Made by a program: the position numbers and the translations under genes
NCBI GenBank assembly: GCA_043228905.1
Contig: JBHGNT010000006.1
Span: 1,116,001 to 1,180,000, forward strand
Reading direction: 5' to 3'
DNA length: 64,000 bases
Origin: Azolla caroliniana
Taxonomy: Eukaryota > Plantae > Polypodiophyta
In this document: piece after piece, positions 49,106-60,888 of the stretch
Layout: each line of letters starts with the position of its first letter
Numbering within the stretch: the stretch's first letter is position 1
Notes under the pieces: model-generated
What the model was told of the DNA's origin: nothing
The model's input: the letters and a program-made list of their open reading frames with translations, nothing else
Databases searched by the model: none

Positions 49106-52100
49106 TGTTGAGAATCAAACTCAACTTTCCATAGATAGGTTTCACACTAGCTCATGGACATTCTAGGCTAGTTTTGTAAATAGTAGAAAGGGCGCTTGCC
49201 CTAGCTTAGTTGGTATATAAACCAACTCATTGTAACTTAGTTAATGTTGGATGTATTTCGTTTCATTAATAGTATATACACTTTTGTCTATCTCTCTCTC
49301 TCTCTCTCTCTGCTGGTACACATACACACACTTACGTTCACCTTCCGCTACATAGCAATCACCACAGACTCCATTTCCTAACATGGTATTAGAGCGTGTG
49401 GTTACCTGATCAAGCATTCTCGACTGTGTTGTGCTGCACTCCGATGATCAACAGAACCGGCCCATCAACAGAGAAGAAATCATCATGAATACTCAAATGG
49501 GAAGCGCTCTTCCTACCGAGAAGCTCGACAAAACGAACTTCGCATCTTGGGAATACAAGATGCATCAATATCTTGTTGGACAAGGCTACTGGAGCTACAT
49601 CGAAGGAGCTCACGAATCACACCCCAACCCAACACACGCCGACTATCCCGCTTGGGAGTAGGTCGCAAGCCGTGTGTTGTATTGTCTAGCATCATGTGTT
49701 CATGATCATATTCTTGGTTACATTCGAGAGGCAAAAACGCCGAAGCAGGCGTGGGAAAATCTCAAAAAGATTTTCACAGCCAACACGGCCGCACGCAAGC
49801 TCCAGCTTCGTCAGGAGCTGAATAGCATCCAACAGAGGGACATGTCAATCTCAAGCTATACTTTGAAGATCAAGGAGCTATGTGACGCCATTGGATTGAT
49901 CAACGTTGTCATTGATGATGACGGACTGGTGCAGATATGCCTTGGAGGCTTAGCACTGCATTTCAACGCGATTAGATCAACCATTCTTGCAAGGGAGAAC
50001 CCTCCCTCCTTCTTCGACCTTCAATCGATATTGTTGGTCGAAGAGATTCACGCCCGACAGAGGAGCAACGCATCAGATGGTCATCTGCTCTACTCCCATT
50101 CGAATAATAGAAGAGATTTCAGCCGTGGAAACAGAGGTCGTTTCGGACAAGGCCATAATGATCGGCGGAATCAAGGGTATAACTCCCACCAGTGGCAAGC
50201 GGACAGGAATGAGCCCAGAGAGCTTGGCGGAAGGGGGAGTCATAATGCTGGACCAAGCAATCGCCGAAACCCAATCGAGTGCGGGTACTACGGAAAACCC
50301 GAGCACTACGAAGAAGAGTGCCAGATGAAGAAACGTGAGGCAGGCCGACAACTCATGAACTACGCCACGAACTCCGACTATGGCGACCGTGGCGGAATGT
50401 TCATAATGAAGCACAAAGCACACTCGATGTCTGCATTTGCGACAACCAACGCCTTGACTCCTAATAGTGTATGGTTTGTCGATTCGGGAGCTTCCAATCA
50501 CATGACTTCCCATGAAGATTGGTTCCGGGAATTACGGAAGCCCGAACGTCCCGGATATGTCGAAACAGGTGATGATACGACTCATCCAATACAGCAGATC
50601 GGGAATGTCCCATTCGGAAACGACGACGAACAGACCTACCTCAAGAATGTACTGCATGTTCCCACCATCACGAAAAATCTGGTCTCGGTCGGCCAGATTG
50701 TAGAACAAGGAATGCAAGTACGCTTCAACAATGATGGGTGCTTCATTGAAAAAGGCGATCAAATCGTAGCTCACGGCAGACGAGAATGTCGTATGTTCAT
50801 CCTTGAGTCGAGTGAAGTAAAGTCGGCTATGTACGCAAAAGGCTAGAAAGTCGAAACCGACTTAAAATTGTGGCACAAGTGAATCGGCCACATCAATCTT
50901 CAGAAGCTTCAGAACATGAAGACAAAAGGAATTGTAATCAGACTCTCGAACTTTACGGCAAAGGAGATCATGGGCGTGTGCGAAGCATGCCAATTTTGAA
51001 AACAACGCCGCCATCCATTCCCAAAAGAGCGGAATGTAAGCAAAGGGATCCTGGATGTCATACATTCAGATGTGTGGGGACCAGCCCAAACAGCTACTTT
51101 CGGCGGATGCCGTTACTATGTCACGTGCATTGACGACTTCTCTAGAAATACCTGGATTTTTCTGATGAAGCAAAAGAGTGAAGTGTTCAGCCACTTCCAG
51201 AAGTTCAAAGCTGAAGTGGAAAAAGCCATGGGCCGGCATGTACGCTGCCTTCGATTAGATGGAGGCAAAGAATATTTTTCGGATGAGTTCTCGGCGTATC
51301 TCCGCAATGAAGGAATCCGATGAGAGTTCTCGTGTCGACATACACCTCAGCAAAACGGCGTAGCTGAGCGTAAAAACCGCCACATAGTAGAAGTCGCACG
51401 AGCCATGATGAATGAGAAGAACCTGCTGAAATCGTACTGGGCAAAAGCGGTGAACATGGCCGTATATCTCATGAATAAGTGCACCACTTCAGGAGTACAC
51501 GACATAACTCCTCATGAGAAGTTCTTTGGAAAGAAGCCGGACTTATCGCATGTCCGCATTTTTGGCTCTATCGCCTACGTATATATTCTCGACGATACGC
51601 GACAAAAGCTCAATCCGAAGTCGGAGAAATGTATCCTCGTAGGATACTCACTCGAACAAAAGGGGTACAAATGCTACAACCCATCTACCTGAAAAGTTCG
51701 CATTAGTCGAGACGTAGTCTTCGATGAGTCCGCATCCTGGTAAGCACCAGAGAATACTTCGACTCCGCTCAACATGGATGACACCGAAATAAGAATAGAA
51801 GCCGAAGATCGTCTCACGCATATGCACGAAGAAAGTCCAATTTCGACATGGCTAAGCGGACCACAAGAGCCCCCAAGTGATCAAAGCACATCTCGGCCAA
51901 GTTCATTGCTAGACAAAGGCAAGGCAAAAATGCAGGAGTATGAAGATTATTTCGAACTCGACAGTGAGTTCGATGGCCTTGATATCCACACGGACGGTGT
52001 GAAGAAACCCCTAGAATTCGCAAATGACAAGCCACGCCGATCCATGCACCAGAAGAACCCCGTAAACCGCTACAGCTATGACGAGTACATGGCGTATCAT

Positions 52101-53136
52101 TACGCATTCATGATGAAGGTAGCGTCAGTACGGGAACCGGAAACGCTTTCTGAAGCCGCAAAGGATCCACGATGGGTCAACGCGATGAATGAGGAGATGG
52201 AAGCGTTATGCAGGAACGAGACATGGGATCTCGTTCCTCACCCCCCAAACAAGAAACCAATTGGTTGCAAGTAGATTTACAAGGTGAAGCACAATGCCGA
52301 TGGTTCTGTAAATCGCTTCAAAGCACGGCTCATTGCAAAAGGCTACGCACAGACACACAATGTAGACTACGAAGAAACCTTTGCCCTGGTGGCAAAGATG
52401 ACGACAGTATGGACCGTAATCACGCTAGCAGCAGCAAAAGGGTGGCACCTCCATCAGATGGACGTGAAAAACGCTTTTCTCCAAGGAGAGCCAGAAGAAG
52501 AGGTGTATATGACACAACCACGCGGATTCGAATCGTGTAATCATCCGCACGCCGTATGCCGACTCAAGAAGCCACTCTACGGCCTCAAACAAGCACCGCA
52601 TGCTTGGCACTCGAAGATCCCGCAGTATCTTCACCAAGTTGGATTTTGGATGTCAAAATCTGATACATCTCTATACATCAGAAATGAGTCGGATAGCCTG
52701 ATAGTCATCATTCTATACGTAGATGACTTAGTTATCGGAGGAAAGAATCTCACCGAGATTAACGAAGTTAAATCACTTCTTTCCGGCAGATTCGAAATGA
52801 AGGACCTGCACGAACTTCATTAATTTCTAGGTATTGAAGTAATTTGGACACCAGTCGGGATCATGATCTCACAACGGCACTACATTCTCAACTTACTCTA
52901 CAAGTTCGGAATGAGAGAGTGCAAACCTATGACTATCCGTCTTGAACGTAATTTCAAGATCGATGCCAGCTCTGGCATGACCGCGAGCGAGTCATCTCAG
53001 TATCGTCAACTAATCGGCAGTCTAATCTACCTAACCATTACGCGACCCGACCTCAGTTATTTGGTCGACCTACTCAGCCAATTCATGCAGAACCCAAGAA
53101 ACCTTCACCTCGTTTGCGCTAAGAGGATACTACGGT
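49106..53136 (+). mobile_element. Degenerate Ty1/Copia element B (5' LTR 49106-49383, gag-PR-INT-RT), interrupted in late RT by element C
   Basis: LTR TGTTG...TAACA and PBS TGGTATTAGAGC (49384-49395). ORF fragments contain WFVDSGASNHM, integrase [13 protein letters not shown] and LYVDD, with many premature stops. Confidence 0.92.
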
Positions 53137-53847
53137 TGTAAACGTAAGTGTTTGCGGAAGCGTAAAACAGAGAACAACACAGATAGAAGTACCATGTACT
53201 TCAATGCTCACACGAGCATCTAACACTTACTACGAGACTATAGCTACCTAGTAGTCTATCCTATACTAGGCTTCCGATTGGACTTCCGGTTACAGATTGC
53301 ACCCGGCCTCCACTGCTTGCCGGTTCGGTTGCTCACCATCATACCGATTCGTCTCGCTTACCGGCTCCGGCTTATTCAGCCGATTCGGCTCCGGTTGAGC
53401 TTGCCGCTCAACACTCCCCCTCAAGCTCAACCTGAGGTGGGGTCGTAGTGTCGACCTCTGTGGCAGTCGGTTCTTCCAACCGACTTCTCCTGGCGTCACT
53501 TCGCCTTGCTCGCGCTCCTCGTCCGGTCCGGTCCCGTTTGCCGCGACCCCTTTGGTTCTGCGCGCCTCGACCCTCTTGGTCGGCATGTCTGCTCAATAGG
53601 CCCATCTCAGCACTCACGTTGTTGTGACTCCGGCGCTTGCCGATCCGTCGGTTCTCCCACGATGGCATTGACTTCCGCTGTGTCCGTGTCCCCATGGCCT
53701 TCAGTCGATCCGACTCATCCGGATCCATCTGTTGATCCGAGTGAGTTGTCTCCGACTCGTTCCAGCTCTTGTCCGAATCGGTACACTCCGATTCGACTTC
53801 CGGCTTCAGGCCTCTCACCACATCGGACCACTTCCGAGTCTTGGCCT

Positions 53848-53939
53848 TGTTGTAGACAGAGGTCGTCAATGCAGAAGATCAAATAGCATTCGATTAGGGT
53901 TGAGTACCTGCGTATGACAGTTTCAAGGTCGTGCACAGA

Positions 53940-53970
<31 letters not shown>

Positions 53971-56900
53971 GCACAAAAGACTTTCTATTCAATAGAAACA
54001 ATAATACAACCCAACCTTACAAAAAAGGTTACAAGGTCACTATATATAGTGACCGACTTAGGGCAACTACCATTTATGCTAATTACACAAATGGCCCAAA
54101 CTTGATCTATACAAAGGGATAGTGTGAATACGTCCATTATACACTTGTATTCGACACTCCCCCGTAATGGGCGTATACATGGGTTATCTAAGATTACAGG
54201 TATAAACTTAGGTTCTTGGACATATCAGTTTTGTTCGAGTCGGCAGGGTCCGAAGGCAGAAGACCGGACTGGTCGGGTCGGAAGAGTTGAAGCCGATCAT
54301 TACGGAACTGATGTCGGTTGTCTGAAACCATCCTGCGCTGTGTCCGGCTCTAACCGGACTGGTTTGTCGTTACGCCCATCTGATGCCGAAGGGACCGAAA
54401 GCGGTCTGCCGAAAGACATTTGGTCATTCCATCTGCGACATTGTCGGTTGTGGATATTTTCTCTAGACCGATTTTCCCTGAAATGACGCAGTCCCGAACG
54501 AAGTGATATCGAACGTCGATATGTTTGGAGGCGTTGTGGTGAACCGGATTTTTCGACAAGGCAACAGCACCTTGACTGTCGCTATAGACAACTGGAGTCG
54601 AGTCGTGGTCGACTTGCCAAAACGTGTGCGCCAGCCGGCCGAGCCACAGAGCTTCTTTTGCGGCATCGGACGCAGCTACATATTCTGCTTCGGTCGTTGA
54701 GGTCGCTGTGCACTCCTGAAGTTTCGACTTCCACGAGATTGCTCCATTGCCGAATTTGAAGCAGTATCCGGTTGTTGATTTCCGACTGTCTATACAGCCG
54801 GCGAAGTCCGAGTCGGTGTAACCGACTACGCCTGAGGTTGAGTTCGGACCGAAAAGAATGCCGTGGTCTTTTGTGCCAGCCAGATATCTGAACACATGCT
54901 TGACTGCGTTCCAATGCGATCGGCCAGGATTGTGCATAAATCTGCTAACGACTCCTACGGCATGAGAGATATCAGGCCGTGTCGCGACCATCAGGTACAT
55001 AAGGGAGCCGACTGCCGGTGCATACGGTACCGACTTCATATCTTCCCCCTCCGGACCGGATGTCGGGCAGTCTCGCTGAGAGAGCCGAAGATTCATGGGG
55101 AGCGGGGTTGAAGCAGATTTGGCTGATTGCATGTTGAAGCGTTCCAAGACACGTCCGATATAGTCGGTCTGAGACAAAAAAAGATGTCGTTTATCGCGAT
55201 GCCGACTAATCTTCATGCCAAGTATGTGTCGTGCCGGACCGAGGTCCTTCATGGCAAACTTCAACCGCAGTTGCCGAATGAGATCGGCAAGTTCGCCCGC
55301 GTGGCGTCCAGAAATTAGCATGTCGTCCACGTAGATGATGAGGAAGATGGGTGATCCATCTTGAGCTGTGTTGGTGAAAAGACAATGGTCCTCATCGCTT
55401 TTTGAGAAGCCGATCGATTGGATGAAGTCGTCGAACTTCTTGTACCATTGTCGCGGTGCCTGTTTGAGGCCGTATAGACTCTTCCTGAGTCGGCAGACTA
55501 GATGTTCTTGGCCAGTTGCCATGAAGCCTTTTGGCTGCTCCATATAAATTTCCTCGTCAAGATCACCATGGAGGAAGGCTGTTTTGACATCTAGCTGAAT
55601 CAGCTCCAAGTTGTCGGCTGCCACTACGCCGAGTAGGAAACGAAGGGTTGTCATTTTCACCACTGGTGAAAAAATCTCGTCGAAGTCGACGCCATATTCT
55701 TGTCGGAAGCCCTTCGCAACTAGTCTGGCCTTGTACTTTGGGGTGGTCGAGTCAGACGTCTCTTTTAGTCGATAAACCCACTTGCAAGGAAGAGCACGTC
55801 GATTCTTAGGTAATTCGACCAGATCCCAAGTCTTGTTTGCCCGAATGGAGTGCATTTCCGACTCCATCGCCAGATGCCAGGTGGCTGAATCGACAGATGT
55901 CGATGCTTCTTCGTAAGACGTCGGTTCGCCGGCGTCGGTGAAGAAAATTCCAGGAGAATACCTCTCCGGAGGTTGCGACAGTCTTTCGGATCGTCGAGGT
56001 ATGATTGGACTGGTCGCATCGGGTATCGGGGTCGGATGGTCCGAAAGCGAATTATTCTGCTGTGCCGAGTCGGTAGTGTAGGGTTCAGCTACCCGTGAAG
56101 CTGACCGTGTGTTAAGAGCGGGGCCTTCTTGAAGGGTCGGCACATCGGAAAACGTTACCCTTCGAACTTCGATCGGTTTTTCGACTGATGGATTCATAGC
56201 CGACTCGTTGAACACAACGTCCGAACTTCGAACGATTTTTCTGCGTTCGGGGTCCCAGAGTCGGTATCCCATTTCGCCATCTGATCCATATCCAAGGAAA
56301 ATGCATTTCTTGGACCGAGGTGCAAGTTTTCGGCGATCATCTTTCGGAATAAGGGCGTACGCCTCGCATCCGAAGATCCTCAGCTTGTCGTAATTCGGCT
56401 TACTGCCGATCCATAGTTCCTGAGGAATTTGAAGTCCTAGAGGTCTACTTGGCGACATATTGATTATGTGTACTGCCGTGAGTAGAGCCTCTGCCCAGAA
56501 GCCATCCGACAGTCTGGAGTGTTGGAGCATGGAAACTATCCGTTCTTGGATTGTCTGATTCATGCGTTCTGCAATCCCGTTTTGCTCCGGACTGTGTGGT
56601 GCCGTAAATTCACGTCGGATGCCGCGTTGTCGGCAGAATTTGACAAATTCTTCTGATTTGAACTCTCCCCCATTGTCGGTCCGAAAGCATTTCAGTTTTC
56701 GGTCAGTTTGATTTTCTACCATAGCGAGCCAATCGGAGAAGATCGAGAAGACACGATCTTTGGTGCGAATTGGATAAGCCCACACCTTTTGAGTTGAATC
56801 GTCAATAAAACTGACGAAGTAAGAGGCACTGCCAAGAGACTGATGTGGCATTGGGCCACAGACGTCCGAGTGGACTAAATCGAGGGGTCTCGTTTCTCTT

Positions 56901-58076
56901 GGTGCTGATGTCGGGTGTGATGCGGCTGCTTGTTTGCCATACTGGCAATGTTCGCAGAATTGATGGCCCGAGAAGGAGAGTTTAGGGATGTATCCGGCTC
57001 TAGATAGGTGCGTAATGCCGGCCTTGCTGAGGTGTCCTAATCTTCTGTGCCATAGTGATGACACAGGAATATCCACCAAAAACAGGTTACCCTCCCTGAG
57101 CGTAACATGTAACGGATACAGGGAGTGTATCTTGGGTCCTCTAGCAAGCAGGAGGTTCTTCATTTTCGATGGGATCGATTTGCCCCTTGACTATGAGATA
57201 GTCCTGCATTTGCTCCTTCCAGAAGTTGAAGTTCGAACCATCGAACTTTCGTAGACTCATTTCTGACGAGCCGGATGTTGATGCCATCAAATTTGGTTTC
57301 GGTTAACGAAGCTCGGTTCGGAGTTGACTACGAACCTTGTTGGAGTGCAGCCGGTTGGCTCACCCGATATCGTTCTAGTCGGATTTGGACCCGAGTCGGT
57401 TCGGCTTCGGATATATGTATTGTTGAACTTGCTCGAATTGACTCCGGTAACTTGAGGGACAGAACCGACTGGTCTTCCCGAATGTTTCCGAGTCGTAGTG
57501 AGCCCGGTTCGCTTCCGAATATATATGCCGAATACCGATTATTGAAACCGATTATCTGAACCGATTCTGCTTCAGTTGACTGCAGCGACGAGAGAGACGG
57601 ATCCAACTGATCCTCCCGAATGTCGATCAGCCGGATGAAGCACGAATTTGGGTTGTTTTCTTGAGACCGATTTGCACCGAGTGGTTACAATGAGCGGCGA
57701 GCAGCGTTTGATGACCTCTTCGAATGCCGTTTAACCGAGTGGAGCACGATCGTGTCAATGTTGCACAAGGGGATTTCACCTCGAGCGGTTACGATCACAA
57801 GGAACAGAGTACAACCTGCTGGCTTACTCCAAGCAAAGATGATCTAACGCGATGAGATGCAAGCCTCGTTTTTCTTCTTCTTCTCTCTTCTTCGAATGAC
57901 GCAAGAAACCGAATGCTGTGCAGGCTGAGACGACGGCCGACAGCGGGATGAAGGACCGAATACTGTGCAGGCTCTGATACTAGATGTTGTAGACAGAGGT
58001 CGTCAATGTGGAAGATCAAATAGCATTCGATTAGGGTTGAGTACCTGCGTATGACAGTTTCAAGGTCGTGCACAGA

Positions 58077-58109
<33 letters not shown>

Positions 58110-58295
58110 GCACAAAAGACTTTCTATTCAATAGAAACAATAATACAACCCAACCTTACAAAAAAGGTTACAAGGTCACTATATATAGTGACCGACTTAG
58201 GGCAACTACCATTTATGCTAATTACACAAATGGCCCAAACTTGATCTATACAAAGGGATAGTGTGAATACGTCCATTATACACTTGTATTCGACA
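53848..58295 (-). mobile_element. Young Ty1/Copia element D with an internal gag/protease deletion
   Basis: The LTRs 53848-54156 and 57985-58295 differ by 2 substitutions and 1 GA unit. Perfect TSD GGCCT, PBS TAGTATCAGAGC (57971-57982) and PPT at 54157-54168. Confidence 0.95.
54350..57163 (-). CDS. pol: Copia integrase-RT-RNaseH ORF (937 aa) of element D
   Basis: GAG-pre-integrase LWHRRLGH, HSDVCGP/RTDNGGEF, QLDVKTAFLHGDL, IYVDD, and RNaseH YSDSQ..SKHIDVRYHF. Confidence 0.93.
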   Translation of the reverse strand: MKNLLLARGPKIHSLYPLHVTLREGNLFLVDIPVSSLWHRRLGHLSKAGITHLSRAGYIPKLSFSGHQFCEHCQYGKQAAASHPTSAPRETRPLDLVHSDVCGPMPHQSLGSASYFVSFIDDSTQKVWAYPIRTKDRVFSIFSDWLAMVENQTDRKLKCFRTDNGGEFKSEEFVKFCRQRGIRREFTAPHSPEQNGIAERMNQTIQERIVSMLQHSRLSDGFWAEALLTAVHIINMSPSRPLGLQIPQELWIGSKPNYDKLRIFGCEAYALIPKDDRRKLAPRSKKCIFLGYGSDGEMGYRLWDPERRKIVRSSDVVFNESAMNPSVEKPIEVRRVTFSDVPTLQEGPALNTRSASRVAEPYTTDSAQQNNSLSDHPTPIPDATSPIIPRRSERLSQPPERYSPGIFFTDAGEPTSYEEASTSVDSATWHLAMESEMHSIRANKTWDLVELPKNRRALPCKWVYRLKETSDSTTPKYKARLVAKGFRQEYGVDFDEIFSPVVKMTTLRFLLGVVAADNLELIQLDVKTAFLHGDLDEEIYMEQPKGFMATGQEHLVCRLRKSLYGLKQAPRQWYKKFDDFIQSIGFSKSDEDHCLFTNTAQDGSPIFLIIYVDDMLISGRHAGELADLIRQLRLKFAMKDLGPARHILGMKISRHRDKRHLFLSQTDYIGRVLERFNMQSAKSASTPLPMNLRLSQRDCPTSGPEGEDMKSVPYAPAVGSLMYLMVATRPDISHAVGVVSRFMHNPGRSHWNAVKHVFRYLAGTKDHGILFGPNSTSGVVGYTDSDFAGCIDSRKSTTGYCFKFGNGAISWKSKLQECTATSTTEAEYVAASDAAKEALWLGRLAHTFWQVDHDSTPVVYSDSQGAVALSKNPVHHNASKHIDVRYHFVRDCVISGKIGLEKISTTDNVADGMTKCLSADRFRSLRHQMGVTTNQSG

Positions 58296-60640
58296 GGCCT
58301 TCTCCATGCTTCCCTCGGCTTCTTCAGCCGGTGAACCGAAATCGAATTCTTCATTCAACTCCGCATCATGGTCAGTACCGTCGTGATGACCTCCGCACAA
58401 CATGCACTTCTCTTCCTGAGTGCACAACTCTTCTTCACAACCGCTTGCTCCGACCTGTTCGGATGTGTCGACTTCCTTCGTCGACTCAGCTTCCTTCATC
58501 TTCTTGTCTCCTCTTCTTCTGGCTCTCCTCTTACCGACGGGTTCAACAGTTTTTTTGCCTTTGCTTGTTTCGATAGGGACTTTGCCCTTGCTTCTCCCCC
58601 TCAAGTGCGGCACGTCGAGATGCTGAATACCAAGCATGTCGGTAAAGTGTTGCAACTTATCCGATCCGAGCGGCTTGGTGAAGATGTCGGCAACTTGCCG
58701 ATCCGTATGAACATACCGTAGGTCAATTTCACCGCTTAGGACCCGCTCACGCACGAAGTGGTAGTGCACCTCGATGTGCTTTGTGCGAGCATGGAACACA
58801 GGGTTCCTGGCGAGCTGCAGGCTGCTCATGTTATCGCAGTAAATCGGGATCGGGGTCGGTACCTCGATCCGCAAGTCTCGCAGCAGTCGCCGAAGCTAGA
58901 TGGCTTAACAAGTGGCAACGGCAGCGGCCCGATACTCAGCCTCAGTGCTTGACAAAGCCACTGTGGGCTGCTTCTTGTTGCTCTACGCAACGACCGCGCT
59001 ACCTATGGAGAACATGTATCCGGAAGTGGAGCGGCGATCAGACGCATCGCCGGCCCAGTCAGCATCTGTGTAACCGACAAGCTCTTGGGTATACCTCGCC
59101 GGTATAGCAGTCCCCGGTCCTTAGTGCCGCTGACATACCGTAATATTCGTTGCGCGCACTGAAGGTGCTCCACGGTCGGCTTCTGCATGAACTGACTTAC
59201 CATGCCGACCGGATAGCTGATGTCGGGTCGGGTGATGGTTAAGTAGATTAGGCTTCCCACAACTTGTCAGAACCGTTTCTCATTGCAGGCCGGTCCGGAG
59301 TTGGGACGGAGCTTCTGGTTCCGGTCCAGGGGTGTGGAGACAGGTCGGCAATCCGTCATGCCGAACTTATACAGCATATCCAACATGTAATGTCGTTGTG
59401 AGAGCAATATGCCGTCGGGGGTCCGGATCACTTCGATCCCAAGAAAATAATGAAGGTCCCCCAGGTCCTTCATTTCGAATGCGTCCGACAACTGGGACTT
59501 GACGCGGTTGATTTCGGGAAGACCCGGTCCGGTGATGACTAAATCATCCACATACAAGAGTATACATACTGGACCGTCAGAGCCTTGCCGGATGAACAAC
59601 GAAGAGTCCGACTTAGAGACAACAAACCCCAGCTTACGCAACCGGTGCGTGATCTTCGCGTTCCAGGCTCGGCGGGCTTGCTTCAAGCCGTAAAGCGACT
59701 TCTTCAGTCGGCATACCGCCGACTCGTTCATCTCTGATTGAAATCCGGGGGGCTAAGTCATAAAGACTTCTTCTTCAAGCTCTCCTTGAAGGAAGGCGTT
59801 CTTCACATCCATCTGGTGAAGATGCCACCCCCTTGCCGCAACAACCGCCAGTACCACACGAACCGTCGTCATCTTCGCCACAGGAGCGAAGGTCTCGTCG
59901 TAGTCGATTCCGTGGGTCTGTGCGTATCCCTTCGCCACTAACCGGGCTTTGTACCGGTTAACAGAACCGTCGACGTTGTACTTGACCTTGTACACCCACT
60001 TGCATACGATCGGTTTACAGTGACGGGGAGGATCAACTAGGTCCCAGGTTTCGTTGGCATCGAGTGCCCACATTTCTTCGTCCATAGCGGCACGCCAATT
60101 TGCGTTGTCGTGCCTTTCGGCTCCGGATCGTTGCGTGAGTCGGGTGGGAACCACAGAGGTCTTGGACTAGGCGGAAGAAGTTCGTGAGATAGAGATTAAT
60201 TATGAGTAAATAGCAAAGAGAAAGATAAGAAACTCGTGAATCACACGAGTATACTATATTAATTGGTACTTAGGGTGTTAAGAGAGAAGTAGATATATAA
60301 ATCGTGAATCCCACGAATAATTTTTGTATTGATTCATACTTAATCCAAATAATCAACAACCCTTTATATATTTCTCTCCTCCTTATATAAGGAAGGAAGA
60401 GCTAAGCATGGCTTCATGCTTTTTTTACAAAAAGTGTTCATGTCCACTAAATGTGCATGTGATGCTTTTTTATTTCCTAAGTATAGGGCTCATGCACGCT
60501 AGATGTGCATGAGTTATTTTTAGTGTCTCGTGTTTTTTCTTTTTCATATATTAAAAAAATACACGATTTACCTTTTAATAAAGGTATGCATAAATAAAGG
60601 TCTTATACGTATTAAATCTATATTTAAAACACTTAAGATA

Positions 60641-60733
60641 AGTTAATGTAATGGTACGGTTGCGGTTTGTCAACGTGGAGGTGTAGAGTTCGAATCACAC
60701 CCTGCGCAGTAGTGAGTATTTCCTTTTTTTTTT
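60641..60733 (+). promoter_or_regulatory. tRNA-like Pol III cassette in U3 of the element E LTR, antisense, followed by an oligo-T terminator
   Basis: A-box-like TAATGTAATGG (60644-60654), TTGTCA at the anticodon position (Asp-like), B-box AGTTCGAATCA (60687) and a T10 run at 60724-60733. Confidence 0.6.
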
Positions 60734-60888
60734 ACATTTATGTCTCTTTATCTTGCCGGTATGCCGTTTTCTTCCTTGCCGGTATGCCGTTTTCCTCCTT
60801 GCCGGTATGCCGTTTTCTTCCGGTTCTCACCGAGCACTCCATTCTCTATCCGGAGGGACAAAAATATAATTTCCACATAGTGTGCAAC

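Larger units (their letters stand above)
53137..60105 (-). mobile_element. Ty1/Copia element C (3' LTR 53137-53413, RT-RNaseH 58.3-60.1 kb), hosting element D and the Gypsy at 60106
   Basis: LTR TGTAA...CAACA and PPT at 53414-53425. RT fragments ([14 protein letters not shown]) and RNaseH (YCDN...HARTKHIEVHYHFVRE), with frameshifts. Confidence 0.9.
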
